DNA of 61,913 bases from Planctomycetota bacterium (GTDB lineage Bacteria > Planctomycetota > Phycisphaerae > WQYP01). Below the pieces are notes generated by a model that was not told where the DNA came from, ran no database searches, and saw nothing but the letters and a program-made list of their open reading frames with translations. Below are positions 1-9,542 of the stretch, piece after piece. Numbering within the stretch: position 1 is the first letter of the stretch; each line of letters begins with the position of its first letter. The stretch lies in NCBI GenBank assembly GCA_021785435.1, contig JAJYFE010000004.1, forward strand, positions 1 through 61,913. Direction: 5' to 3'. Made by a program: the position numbers and the translations under genes.

Positions 1-810
1 GAAGTCGTGGGCGAATTTCACGGAAAGCGGATCCCCGACTAAAAAATCCCAATCGAAGGAGACCAGGACTTGGGCTGCGGCCAATTCGGGTACGACCCGC
101 AACGGTTCGCCAAAGGCCAGACGTGTTCCTTCGCGCGCATTATCGTCGGACACCGGCTCGTATTCGAACCAGTGCGCCTGGGGCAGCGCTAGTTGGAACC
201 TTCGCCGCATATCCACCACGCTAGGTGAGCTGGAGTTTTCGGCCAGAATGGCCAGGGTCTGGCCATGACTTTTCTTTAATTGGGCAAGGTGGACTTTCCA
301 GAAGGATTCAAAGGCCGCCCACGTGGTGTCGACAGGTTGGCCAGCGGCAGGCTGTTGGCGGACGGTGCGGCTGCGGTCGGGGTCATATACATTGAGCACG
401 CTGGCCTGACCAAAGCTGTCGCTGCCGCCCCGATTGAGCGGATGCATCGGGTTGCCATCCACCTTGATCGGACGGCCATCCACGCTGGTGACCAGCATCC
501 CCTGCCCGATGCCGCCAAAATCCATCGCGGTGGTATATTGCACCGGCACGCCGGGATCGCGGTTGGCGGGGCGATGGGCGTATGGAACCAGTTTTTCCAC
601 CGGGAAGCGGGCGCAGCCGCCCAGTCCGGCCAGCGCCAGCGATGCCCCCATGATCTTTAGAAAATTTCGGCGATCGCCCTGGAGCCATTCGGCGGCGTGG
701 TTCGGAAACTCGCGTTGGACGAATTGCCGAAAGGCCGGTGTGTCCGCGAATTCCTCGAGGCTGCGCCAATAGGGCCCGGCGGTGAACTGGTTCTGGTTCA
801 GCGGTGGCAT
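1..810 (-). CDS. actB: Alternative complex III ActB-like molybdopterin/Fe-S oxidoreductase, N-terminal part (runs off window start)
   Basis: My translation of the minus strand from the ATG at 810 gives MPPLNQNQFTAGPYWRSLEEFADTPAFRQFVQREFPNHAAEWLQGDRRNFLKIMGASLALAGLGGCARFPVEKLVPYAHRP...DGRPIKVDGNPMHPLNRGGS. This has a twin-arginine signal RRNFLK followed by a molybdopterin-oxidoreductase-like segment. The segments I translated (1-60 and 421-810) are open in this frame; 61-420 was not translated. The ORF overlaps the upstream haem gene by 13 nt. It is missing from the ORF track, presumably because it is cut by the window edge. Confidence 0.75.
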   Translation of the reverse strand, partial: MPPLNQNQFTAGPYWRSLEEFADTPAFRQFVQREFPNHAAEWLQGDRRNFLKIMGASLALAGLGGCARFPVEKLVPYAHRPANRDPGVPVQYTTAMDFGGIGQGMLVTSVDGRPIKVDGNPMHPLNRGGSDSFGQASVLNVYDPDRSRTVRQQPAAGQPVDTTWAAFESFWKVHLAQLKKSHGQTLAILAENSSSPSVVDMRRRFQLALPQAHWFEYEPVSDDNAREGTRLAFGEPLRVVPELAAAQVLVSFDWDFLVGDPLSVKFAHDF

Positions 811-1526
811 GTCTCACAATCCGTCAGAATTTTCGCGTTGGCAATATGGTAGCGGGCCATTAGATATTTCCCCAGATTCTTCGGCAGCGTCGCCACCGTC
901 AATCCCAAGTCCTGGGCGAGCCGGGGCTTATTTTTCGGCGTCCAGTTGAGATTGGTCACCTCATTGCGCGGCCGCAGATACGGTTCCGGATGGCGATGGC
1001 AGGACAGACACCACGCCATGTTCAATGGTCGGGCTTGATAGACCTGCGTCATTTCGTTGACATGACCGTGGCACACCAGGCAACTGATGCCGGCGTGCAC
1101 GTGCGCGGCGTGATTGAAGTAGACGTAATCGGGCAACATGTTGACCTTTTTCCAGGCAATGGGCAGTCCCGCCAACTTGGGATTCCCTGTGCCGTAACTG
1201 TCGCGGACCAACTGCAAGCTGCGGCTTTTGGGGGCGATCATCTGGTGGCAATTCATGCAGGTCTGAGTGGGCGGGATCGCCGCAAAAGCCGCCCGCGCGA
1301 CATCGCTGTGGCAGTATAGGCAACTGATGCCCAGCGTTCCGGCGTGGAGGGCATGGCTGTAGGCCACCGGCTGCACGGGCTGGTAGCCAACATTCAGCGT
1401 GCGGGCGTTGGCGCCGTAATACAGCAGGGCGACCACATACACCGGCAGGAGCAGTACGCACCCGAGAGCGATTTTGGTAAAACGGTTGGCCCACCGGGGA
1501 AAAACGAAAAAAGATGGTTGGTTCAT
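798..1526 (-). CDS. actA: Pentahaem c-type cytochrome, ActA-like subunit of alternative complex III
   Basis: Five CxxCH motifs (CLYCH, CMNCH, CLVCH, CLSCH, CETCH), an N-terminal TM helix, and a position immediately upstream of the ActB-like gene. Confidence 0.8.
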   Translation of the reverse strand: MNQPSFFVFPRWANRFTKIALGCVLLLPVYVVALLYYGANARTLNVGYQPVQPVAYSHALHAGTLGISCLYCHSDVARAAFAAIPPTQTCMNCHQMIAPKSRSLQLVRDSYGTGNPKLAGLPIAWKKVNMLPDYVYFNHAAHVHAGISCLVCHGHVNEMTQVYQARPLNMAWCLSCHRHPEPYLRPRNEVTNLNWTPKNKPRLAQDLGLTVATLPKNLGKYLMARYHIANAKILTDCETCHR

Positions 1527-2028
1527 GGTGGTGGCAGCTATTCGTATTTAAAATCACCGCTTGCAGTTAGACCCGTTCCCGTCTTGTCCCTGGGCCGTCT
1601 CCTCCTGGCGCGCCCGTGGGGCTCGCGATCTGGAGGATCACGCAAAAGGGGGAATGTTAACGGCGGCACGGGGCGCTGTCAACGTTTACGATCGCGCCGC
1701 AGGGGTGAGGCGGTGGCCAAGTGTGGTGGCAGGGGGCATCCGGGGCGCAGCGCCGCCCCGGCCCGCGCGGAGGCGGAATAGTTTAGTGGCCCACGGCCAC
1801 CGCCGACGGGCTTGGGCTAAGCCGCCGGTCGCCGCGATGAGACCGCAAAGCGACTCGACCAAGCCCGCCCGCCCACTCGCGGGGTGAGCGGTTTGGCAGT
1901 GGAGGCCGTGATTGCACGCCGCCCCGGCTTGGCCATAGATGATGGCCACCCGGCAGGGGTTCAAGATGATGGCGATGGGCGCGGCGCGGAGATATGATAA
2001 ATAAGATGCTCGTTGAGCAAGCGAGGCC

Positions 2029-4092
2029 ATGATGCGCCTGACCATCCGGCGCAAAATCGTCGGCACGCTGGTCATGGTGGGCCTGCTGCCGCTAGCCATC
2101 AGTCTGCTGACCATCGTCGGCTTGGGCGCCCGCACGCGCGTGGAAACGCTGCGCCACACGTACGGCATTGTCGCCTATTCCTGCGCCCAAGCCGTGTCCC
2201 AACGCTTGGCGGCCGAACTTCAGCGGCTCAACCTGTTCGCCCGATTGCCGGCCGTCGTGGCGTATGTACGCCAGCAGGATGCGCGGCACAGCGCGGGGTT
2301 TAGCCGCGTGGCGGCTGCCATCCCGGCGGGCCGGGCGTCGGACACCAGCCAGCCTGCGTCCTCTATGCACAGCATTCTGCATAATCCCCTGGCCTATCGT
2401 CTGCGCCTGATCGGTGGCCGCAACGCCGGGCCTGCGCACTTTGTAGTCACGGATCGCTATGGAAATCTGATCGCCGCCGACGTTCCGCCACGGCGGTTTC
2501 TGGCCGAAGCTAAACCCTTTTCCAGCGCGCTTCTACGGCGCCGTCGTAATGAGATCTATATCCGCGCGGTGCGCCAAGCCCCATCGACGGGCGCCGCGGC
2601 CGTGGTGCTGGTCATACCAATTGATGCCCGCCAGAGCCTGACTCCGCTTGGCTATATCCAGGAGACGATGACTTTCGATGCATTGCGCCGCCGTCTTCAG
2701 ACGCACCGCTTATTAAGCCGGGCCACGGTCCAAATTTACGACCGTCAGCAGAAACGGACGGTCCTGCTGGCCGGCAGCGCGAAACAGGCGGCGCTGGCTC
2801 AACGGCACTTCGCGCAAACCAGACCGCACCTTCACGGGCTGGGTTGGTTGGAGAATCTGCTGGCCGGTGTCGTGATCGGCAACGCCCCGGTGCATCTGTC
2901 GCATCTAGTCTCGGCAGCGCATGGTCGGATCCACGGTCCGGCCTGGTCCGTACTGGTCAGCCAGCCTGCGACCCTGGTGCTGGCGCCAATCCTGATGCAG
3001 GCGCGCATGATCGGCGGCGCCGGACTGCTGCTGATTGTGGGGCTGTTTCTGGTTGGATTCATCATCAGCCAGCGCGAATTCGTGGCGCCGGTGGCGGCGT
3101 TGCGCCAGGCCACCGCGGCCATCGGTCGCGGCCAGTTGAACGTGCGCCTGCTGTCCCCGGGCGAGAGGCGCCACGCGCTTTTCCACGACGACGAGCTGGC
3201 CGACCTGGCCCGCGATTTCGAACAGATGACACGGCGCCTGCAACAGCATCGTAACAAGCTCGAACAAAGTGACCAGGCGAAAAAGCGTTTCATCGATCTG
3301 GCGGCGCACGAACTCCGCACCCCCGTGACCCGCATCCGTGCGGCGGTGACGCTGCTGCGGCGCCAGCTAACCCGGGCCGACTTGGCGGTCCCCGCCGCCC
3401 AGGCGTCCGATCCGCGGAGCGGCGATTCCACGGTGTATTGGCCGCTGTATCTGGACAATATCAGCGCCGCCACGGCACGCCTGGAGAAGATCGTCACCGA
3501 TCTTACCAAACTGGTGGAGTCGAACCGCTTTTCCACGCAGCTGCATCGCCAGCGTTTCGATGTTCGGCAGTTGATCCTGGAGACCGGCGCCCAAAGCCGC
3601 GTCTTTTTTGCCGCCCGCCGGCAACAACTGGATATCTCCGTCCCCCCGACCCTGCCGGAATTTGACGGCGATCCAGACAAAATCGCCGACGCCTTGACCA
3701 ATGTGCTCAGTAACGCCAGCCGCTTTTCGCCGGATGGCTCGACGATTCGATTGACCGCGCACGCGACATTTGGTGACCTGCTCGAAATTCTGGTGGAGGA
3801 TTCCGGTCCCGGGCTGCCAGCGCAGGTGCTCGAGGAACTTTTCGAACCGTTTCGCATCGGCGGGGATGTTCTGCGCCATCAAAGCCCCACCGCCGAGGAA
3901 AAGAGCAGCGGCTTGGGGCTGGGGTTGGCGATTGTTCGGCGGTTTGTGGAGTTGCACGGCGGGACGGTGCGGATCAAACCGCTGCCGCGGGGAACCCAGG
4001 TCCAGATGCTGCTGCCGTTTAGTCAGGAGCAGCCGGTGGTTTCCGCGCCCCAACCCGCCGAGCCAGCCGCGGCGCGCACCGCCGGACCATGA
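2029..4092 (+). CDS. Sensor histidine kinase (2 TM, HAMP, HisKA, HATPase_c)
   Basis: H-box DLAAHELRTPVTRIR, N-box LTNVLSNASRFSP, and G-boxes EDSGPGLP and GLGLGLAIVRRFVELHGGTV. An N-terminal TM helix and a second TM helix precede a HAMP-like segment. Confidence 0.85.
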   Translation: MMRLTIRRKIVGTLVMVGLLPLAISLLTIVGLGARTRVETLRHTYGIVAYSCAQAVSQRLAAELQRLNLFARLPAVVAYVRQQDARHSAGFSRVAAAIPAGRASDTSQPASSMHSILHNPLAYRLRLIGGRNAGPAHFVVTDRYGNLIAADVPPRRFLAEAKPFSSALLRRRRNEIYIRAVRQAPSTGAAAVVLVIPIDARQSLTPLGYIQETMTFDALRRRLQTHRLLSRATVQIYDRQQKRTVLLAGSAKQAALAQRHFAQTRPHLHGLGWLENLLAGVVIGNAPVHLSHLVSAAHGRIHGPAWSVLVSQPATLVLAPILMQARMIGGAGLLLIVGLFLVGFIISQREFVAPVAALRQATAAIGRGQLNVRLLSPGERRHALFHDDELADLARDFEQMTRRLQQHRNKLEQSDQAKKRFIDLAAHELRTPVTRIRAAVTLLRRQLTRADLAVPAAQASDPRSGDSTVYWPLYLDNISAATARLEKIVTDLTKLVESNRFSTQLHRQRFDVRQLILETGAQSRVFFAARRQQLDISVPPTLPEFDGDPDKIADALTNVLSNASRFSPDGSTIRLTAHATFGDLLEILVEDSGPGLPAQVLEELFEPFRIGGDVLRHQSPTAEEKSSGLGLGLAIVRRFVELHGGTVRIKPLPRGTQVQMLLPFSQEQPVVSAPQPAEPAAARTAGP

Positions 4093-5501
4093 TGGAATTA
4101 AGTTTTGTCGATCCGCTGTGGTTATGGGCGCTGGCGCCGGTGTTGATACTGGGCTTGGCCGCCTTGGGTCGGGGGCGGCGCCGGGCTTATCTGTTTCCGG
4201 CGCTGGACTTTTTCCCGCCGCCCGCGCCCGTTCCATCCGCCGGGCGCCAGGCGATGGATTGGTTGTGGCTGTTCGTCTTCGCGGGTGCCGTGCTCGTGGT
4301 ATTGGCCGCGGCCGGGCCACAGGTGCAGTGGGCCAAGCCACCCCCGCAACCGACCATCCGCCTGTACGCTGTCGCTCGGGCGCTGCCGCTGCCCGCCCCG
4401 TTTTCCACGGGGCGCCGGCCGTTCGCCCCTCGATCCCCCGCCCCGGGCGGAAACGCACCCAGCCGTATGACCCGCCGGAGTCCATCGAGGTCAACCCGGG
4501 GCAACTACGCGGTGCGGCCGCAGGCGCTTTCCGGCGAAGAGGCCGACCTTTGGGTACGTTGCCTCTCCCGCCTGCCGTGGCGGCAATATCGCCTGGTCTT
4601 TCAGAGCGGTGGAAAAACGCTGGCTTTAACTGTTCCTACCCGCCGATTGACAGGGGGCTTTACGTGGACGCATCTCACCGCGGGCCGCATCGTGCGACTA
4701 AGGCTCCAGCACGGCCACCACATGCTGGCCCAAACCGTGCTTTTGCGCCGATCCGTGGCCACGCCATTTAATATCAATCTTGTCGGGCATGTGCCGCGTG
4801 CGCTCGTTCGTCTGCTGCGACTGATGCCGGGTGCGCACTGGAATCAAACCGGTCCCAGGCCGACCCTCACCGTTTTGACGCGGAACGGGAGCGCGCCTTG
4901 GATTTTGCGGTCGGACGTCATTTTGGCTATCGGGCGCACGGCAGCGCCGGACCTGATCCCCGGCGGCATCATCCAACCGCCACCTGGGGAAGCTCTAACG
5001 ATCAGTCAACCGGTCAGTCCTCTTTTGAGGCATGTCCACTTCGCCTCCGTTCACGTGCGGCGGCTTTTTGCGGCGAGACTTGGGCCCAAGTGGCGGACCC
5101 TGGTTAGTCTTGGTCCGCGGCCGTGGTTGGCGGAATGCACGGATGTCCATACGCATGCCCGGTGGTTGTGGCTGGCCAGTCCGCCCCAAGCCCGATTCAC
5201 AGATTGGCCGCAGCACCTGGGCTTTGTCATTTTCTTTGCCAATCTGGTTCGGGCTGTGGTCGGCGGGCCGGGGCGGGCGGTGGCCGGAACCTGGTGGCGG
5301 CAGGGAGAGAGCGAATCCCAACGCGATTCCGGCAGCCTATGGCTCGGAACATCCGAGCACGGAAACACCCGGTCGACGGTGGCTACCTCCACGTCGGGTT
5401 GGCATTTGCTGGCGCCTTGGCTGGGGCTATTGAGCGCTGCGCTGTGGACCGTCGTGGCCGCCGGCTTGTTATGGCGCTACACTCCCGCAGGGCTTCGCTG
5501 A
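4089..5501 (+). CDS. BatA-domain (aerotolerance regulator N-terminal domain) membrane protein
   Basis: The N-terminus MELSFVDPLWLWALAPVLILGLA is typical of the BatA_N double-TM domain. There is an ATGA overlap with the kinase stop and a C-terminal TM helix. Confidence 0.5.
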   Translation: MMELSFVDPLWLWALAPVLILGLAALGRGRRRAYLFPALDFFPPPAPVPSAGRQAMDWLWLFVFAGAVLVVLAAAGPQVQWAKPPPQPTIRLYAVARALPLPAPFSTGRRPFAPRSPAPGGNAPSRMTRRSPSRSTRGNYAVRPQALSGEEADLWVRCLSRLPWRQYRLVFQSGGKTLALTVPTRRLTGGFTWTHLTAGRIVRLRLQHGHHMLAQTVLLRRSVATPFNINLVGHVPRALVRLLRLMPGAHWNQTGPRPTLTVLTRNGSAPWILRSDVILAIGRTAAPDLIPGGIIQPPPGEALTISQPVSPLLRHVHFASVHVRRLFAARLGPKWRTLVSLGPRPWLAECTDVHTHARWLWLASPPQARFTDWPQHLGFVIFFANLVRAVVGGPGRAVAGTWWRQGESESQRDSGSLWLGTSEHGNTRSTVATSTSGWHLLAPWLGLLSAALWTVVAAGLLWRYTPAGLR

Positions 5502-5627
5502 GGGTCACTCATTTTTCGGGGAGCGCGGCAGCAGGCGGTCCGCGCAGGCCACCGGCCTGCGCCGCGTGGTAGGAGCGCGCTTCGCCAGAATAAGGTCCGA
5601 CCTGGAAACTTGCGAACGGCGCAAGCG

Positions 5628-5643
5628 CCGGGGTTTATCCCGG
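5628..5643. repeat. REP-like hairpin CCGGGGTTTATCCCGG (same family as the copies around the RAYT gene at 42 kb)
   Basis: Stem CCGGG/CCCGG with a TTTAT loop. The flanking GGTGAACGGCGATACC resembles the copy at 42053 (GGTGAACCGCTATTCC). Confidence 0.7.
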
Positions 5644-5751
5644 TGAACGGCGATACCAGGATTTTCACACCAGACGAAACTTTTGAGAACCGCTCTAACG
5701 GGGGGCAAGGCGCCTCGGTTCACCGGTTCACCGGCTGGGGCAGTTTAACTT

Positions 5752-6425
5752 TTAGGTCATCTCCCGTAAGTGAGTTTTAAAGGAATGCTGGATTATCGCC
5801 CATTTCAGCATAGCTAAGAAATGGACCGCCGTTTTCTGCTACCGGGTGGCGATGCGCCGCGCGTGCTGGAGCCAGTCGATACGCCGTTCGATCCCATTTG
5901 CGCCGGCGATAAGTCGGCGCGTCGAACCGTGGGGGTGGGCCGGCCCACGCTCGTAGGGCCGGCATTTTTCGGGGATGACCACGCGGATGCCGCGGCGCCG
6001 CAATCAACGCTGCACCCGCGGAATAACCTGGTGCTTTGTCACCACTTGGCGTTCAGGTACCCCGGCTGCCGCCATGCACCGGGTCGCCGGGGGCGAGTCG
6101 CCCACGGCGACCTGAAGGCCAGTGCTTCGGGTTCGGTGGCGGATCCGGGGCTCTTTCGCCAACCAAAAATTTATCGCTTGACCAAGCCCTTCGGGGGTCT
6201 GCAGCAAGCGGTCGATCAGCCGGCCTGCCGCCACTGATGGAAGCGGTGGTACGCCGTCTTCCAGGGGCCCAAACGATCCGGTAGGTCCCGCCAGGGAGAA
6301 CCGGTGCAGAATCCAGAACCAGGCATGGAGGATGGTCCGGTGGTCCCGGTATGGCCGCCCCTGTCTCGATCACGGCAGTAACAACGGTTGGATCGGCCGC
6401 CACCGCCGGATAAAATGCGAATTTG
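5752..6425 (-). pseudogene. Decayed IS5-family (IS427-group-like, DUF4096 + DDE) transposase
   Basis: My minus-strand translation gives ...WRPIQPLLLP*SRQGRPYRDHRTILHAWFWILH, then a frameshift to TGSPWRDLPDRLGPWKTAYHRFHQWRQAG, and later ...RGIRVVIPEK.RPYERGP...ANGIERRIDWLQHARRIATR*QKTAVHFLAMLKWAIIQHSF. These are hallmark DUF4096 and C-terminal IS5 motifs. The reading frame is broken by in-frame TGA and TAG stops and by frame changes (track ORFs 5777..6007, 6004..6234 and 6053..6403 are its pieces). Confidence 0.7.
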
Positions 6426-6446
6426 AAATATAAATTTTAGTGTGGC

Positions 6447-6475
6447 TTGACCGGTCCCGGCGCGGCCCCTATACT
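6447..6475 (+). promoter_or_regulatory. Sigma70-like promoter candidate upstream of the MNT/HEPN pair
   Basis: TTGACC (6447-6452), a 17-nt spacer, then TATACT (6470-6475). It is preceded by the AT-rich stretch aatttgaaatataaattttag in otherwise GC-rich DNA. Confidence 0.4.
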
Positions 6476-6606
6476 GGGGCAGTCGAGCGGAGGCCAGCGG
6501 CGAATTCCGGCCTTGGCGCTCATGGCGTTAAGAGGTCGGCCGGACCTGATCCGGCGCTGGACATGGAGAACGCCGGGGCGCCCCGGTGGTGGCCTGGAGT
6601 CAACTG

Positions 6607-6915
6607 ATGCCGTTTGGCAAGATGGAAAAGCAGCAGATCAAGAAGGAGCTGGCGGCCTGCTTGGGGGGCGAGAGGGAAGTACGAAAAATAATTATTTTCG
6701 GCTCCTTCCTGACCAGCAATAATCCGCATGATTTGGAACTCGCGGTCTTCCAAGACAGCGATGAATCATATTTGCCGTTGGCGCTAAAGTATCGTCAGTT
6801 GACCCGCCCCATCGCTCGCCGTATTCCAATCGATATTCTTCCCGTCCGGCGGCAGGGGGCTTCAGGCTGGTTTATGGACGAGATCAATCGGGGAGAGGTG
6901 GTCTATGAGCGCTGA
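6607..6915 (+). CDS. Nucleotidyltransferase (MNT-type antitoxin) of a HEPN/MNT pair
   Basis: IIIFGSFLTSNNPHDLELAVF matches the minimal NTase GS...D.D pattern. I chose the ATG at 6607 inside track ORF 6586..6915. It overlaps the downstream HEPN gene by 11 nt. Confidence 0.7.
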   Translation: MPFGKMEKQQIKKELAACLGGEREVRKIIIFGSFLTSNNPHDLELAVFQDSDESYLPLALKYRQLTRPIARRIPIDILPVRRQGASGWFMDEINRGEVVYER

Positions 6916-7321
6916 GGCTGCGATAGCTTGGCTTGGCTACGCCAGGGAGAATCTTCGGACGGCCCAGCGGGCCTTCCAAAATGGGCTGCTGAACCCAAGC
7001 CTGCAAAAGGCTCTGCAGGCGGTGGAAAAGGCCCTCAAGGCGGTGTGGGTTTTTCATGGGCAAACGGTGCGGAAAACCCATTCGATTGCGGACCTCGTGG
7101 AAGACCTTGCGGCGGCAGGCGCCGACGCCGGAAGCACATTGGCCCAGTGCCACCTTTTGGATTCCGTCTACCTGCCGTCGAAATATCCCGTGGAATCAGT
7201 CCTTCCAGAACGACCCGTGGACACCGCGGCCGCCGGGCAGTGTGTCGGCTTGGCGGAGCAAGTATGCGCGTGGGCGGCCGGGAAAATTGCGGGGCCAGGA
7301 AGGCCCTGGCGTTGGCGGTAG
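6905..7321 (+). CDS. HEPN domain protein (toxin partner of the MNT)
   Basis: An all-helical protein with the R-x4-H motif (VRKTHSIADL), placed directly after the NTase gene. Confidence 0.7.
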   Translation: MSAEAAIAWLGYARENLRTAQRAFQNGLLNPSLQKALQAVEKALKAVWVFHGQTVRKTHSIADLVEDLAAAGADAGSTLAQCHLLDSVYLPSKYPVESVLPERPVDTAAAGQCVGLAEQVCAWAAGKIAGPGRPWRWR

Positions 7322-7704
7322 GGCGGGCTCTGTCCGGCAGCCGGGAAAAATGACTGTGGCCAAACAGCGGGCTTCGAGTAGGAGATTCAGCCCTGTTATA
7401 TCCAGAAGCTAACGCCACAACCTTCTGTTCTCCCCTCGTGCCCATCGCGGGCGATACGGCGGAGCGCGGCGATCGTTGCGGGCCGTCGGTTCGTGGCGGG
7501 TGCAACCAGGCCCATCCGCAGCGGCGACTGGAGACCCGCTGGCCAGACGATGCGGTTGGCGCAGGAATTCAGTGTGGGCCGCACATCGGATTCGCCCCCG
7601 GGCGTTCCGTAGCCAGCGAGGTTGAACCAGAAGGCGAAATTCCCAGGCGGCACAAGCCGCCCACCGGGTTCTCTATCGCCGGTGCCAACCACTCGTGCGC
7701 CGGG

Positions 7705-9372
7705 ATGGCGCCCCGGGACCAGGCGGCCGTGCTGCGCCCCGCGGCGGCCGTAGCCGGCGCTGGCCTGGCCTTGGCGGCGTTGGCGGGGATGTGGCTACTG
7801 CTGCTGACGGGTTGCTCCTTTGAGCCGCCGCTGCACGTGCCGCCGGCGCCGAAAACGTCCGCCTACGTCGCCGCACCGAAGATGACGAAAACCGCGGCAG
7901 CGCCTGCCCTGGGCGCCGCCGGGGCTGCGCAGCGCCTGGCCTATGGTCGGGCCGTGGCGGCTGATTGGTGGGTGTTATTCCGGTCGCCGTCGATTGATGC
8001 ATTGGTGCGCCGGGCGGTGGCACACAGTCCCACGCTCACGGCCGCGGAGGCGGTGCTGGAACAGGCCCATCAAAATCTTAAAGCCGTGCAGGGGGTATTC
8101 CTGCCCCAGGTCACTCTGAATCCGCTGGCTGAACGAGAGCGCCAAAGTGGGGCGGCCTTCGGCGGAAAGACCCGCACCTTCACCCTTTATACCGGCACCG
8201 TTAATGTCACCTATGCGGCGGATATTTTCGGTCTTAACCGCATGGTAACCCGCTCCCTGAAAGCCCAGGAGGCGGAACAGCGTTACGGTCTGCAGGAGGC
8301 CTACCTGACGCTGGAGGGCAATACCGTGGCCACGGCGATTGATATCGCGGCGTTAGAGGCGCGGATTCACACCACGCGGCGCTTGATCGCCAGCCAGCGG
8401 CATATTCTGAATATTGTCCGCCAGCAGTACCGCCTCGGAGCGGTTACGTACTTGGACGTGGAGAATCAGAAAAGCCAGCTGGCCGCCACGGAGGCAACGC
8501 TGCCGCCGCTGGAGCAGTCCCTGGATGCGGCCCGGCACGCCTTGGCCATTTTGTTGGGGACGGTTCCCTCCCAGGCTCGGTTGCCGCGGCTGGAACTGCG
8601 GCAGTTCCATTTGCCGCGTACCTTACCCGTGAGCCTGCCATCCACGCTGGTCCGGCAAAGACCGGACATTCGCTCGGCGGAAGCCCAGATCGCCGCGGCC
8701 AATGCCCAGGTGGGCGAGGCGATCGCGCAAATGTATCCGCTGGTGGAGCTGTCCGGCGACGCGGGATTTGAAAACGGTCGGCCCGCCGATTTCTTTAACG
8801 CTTCCAGTTTGATCTGGAATCTCGCCGCCAGCGCGACGGTGACGCTCTTTGACGGCGGAACGCTCCAAGCCAAAAAACGCGCCGCGCAGGCCGCCCTGCG
8901 CGCCATTGCCGCTGACTATGAAAGCACCGTGCTGAACGCTTTCCAGCAGGTGGCCGATGCGTTGCGGGCGATTCAGCACGACGCCCAGACGCTGCACTAT
9001 GATCAACAGGCATACGCGGCGGCCCACGCCGCCTATGCTTTGGCCCAGCGGCAATACCAGGCCGGCGCCGTGGCGTACGTGACCCTGCTTAATACTGAGG
9101 TTCAGTACGAAACTTCGCGCCTGGCGCTGGCGGCGGCCCAAGGCCAGCGTTATACGGATACCGCCGCCCTGTTTACAGCGCTCGGCGGCGGTTGGTGGCC
9201 GAAGAAATATGCCCAGGCGCATGGGGCCGGGGCCGCCGGAGTTGAGTCCACGGTCAGCGCTCCGCGTGTAAGCGTCGGGGGCAATAGGCCCAGCTCCAAT
9301 CCCGCCGCGCCGGGCGGCCTTGGGGCGCCGCAGTCCGGGCTGGATCCGCCGGTAACCCTGCGGGCTAAATAG
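7705..9372 (+). CDS. RND efflux outer-membrane factor lipoprotein (NodT/OprM family)
   Basis: Signal peptide plus lipobox LLLTGC. Two repeated OEP-type halves (RPDIRSAEAQIAAANAQVGEA, LFDGGTLQAKKRAA). Start set at the ATG at 7705, because the 89 codons upstream in track ORF 7438..9372 look non-coding. Confidence 0.85.
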   Translation: MAPRDQAAVLRPAAAVAGAGLALAALAGMWLLLLTGCSFEPPLHVPPAPKTSAYVAAPKMTKTAAAPALGAAGAAQRLAYGRAVAADWWVLFRSPSIDALVRRAVAHSPTLTAAEAVLEQAHQNLKAVQGVFLPQVTLNPLAERERQSGAAFGGKTRTFTLYTGTVNVTYAADIFGLNRMVTRSLKAQEAEQRYGLQEAYLTLEGNTVATAIDIAALEARIHTTRRLIASQRHILNIVRQQYRLGAVTYLDVENQKSQLAATEATLPPLEQSLDAARHALAILLGTVPSQARLPRLELRQFHLPRTLPVSLPSTLVRQRPDIRSAEAQIAAANAQVGEAIAQMYPLVELSGDAGFENGRPADFFNASSLIWNLAASATVTLFDGGTLQAKKRAAQAALRAIAADYESTVLNAFQQVADALRAIQHDAQTLHYDQQAYAAAHAAYALAQRQYQAGAVAYVTLLNTEVQYETSRLALAAAQGQRYTDTAALFTALGGGWWPKKYAQAHGAGAAGVESTVSAPRVSVGGNRPSSNPAAPGGLGAPQSGLDPPVTLRAK

Positions 9373-9542
9373 GAATACAGAGTGATTGCGGCGAAAAACC
9401 CCGAAGTTTGGGTCAATCATGGCAGCAGGCACGGTCCGAAGCGCCGCCGCTTCACCGAATGCGGCGCTGGCGCCCCGGCACTCCGGGCCATGGAAGGGGC
9501 GCGACGCGGCGATTTTCATGACAATCAGGGGACCTTGAAGCG

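Noticed and set aside
1527-2028. Regulatory elements or small ORFs in the divergent actA / histidine-kinase intergenic region.
   Set aside because: I found no convincing -35/-10 pair or conserved repeat, and the track ORFs there are Arg/Ala-rich and overlap each other.
3367-4494. Long antisense ORFs inside well-supported genes. Examples are 2832..3857, 3367..4494, 12121..13200, 17026..18135, 18460..19578, 19647..20564, 51803..53017, 53273..54202 and 60851..61633.
   Set aside because: These are typical shadow ORFs of high-GC DNA. Their products are Arg/Gly/Pro/Ala-rich with no motifs, and each lies opposite a gene with clear family signatures.
7396-7692. Minus-strand ORF with a protein-like stretch (PPGNFAFWFNLAGYGTPGG).
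   Set aside because: I recognised no family and no credible start context, and it lies in the leader of the efflux operon. It could be a gene remnant but is unsupported.
7438-7704. N-terminal extensions of track ORFs (7438, 15551, 30557, 33803, 35814, 25684, 29634).
   Set aside because: The upstream codons are low-complexity, overlap neighbouring genes or repeat DNA, and internal ATG or GTG codons give family-typical N-termini, often with 4-nt coupling overlaps.
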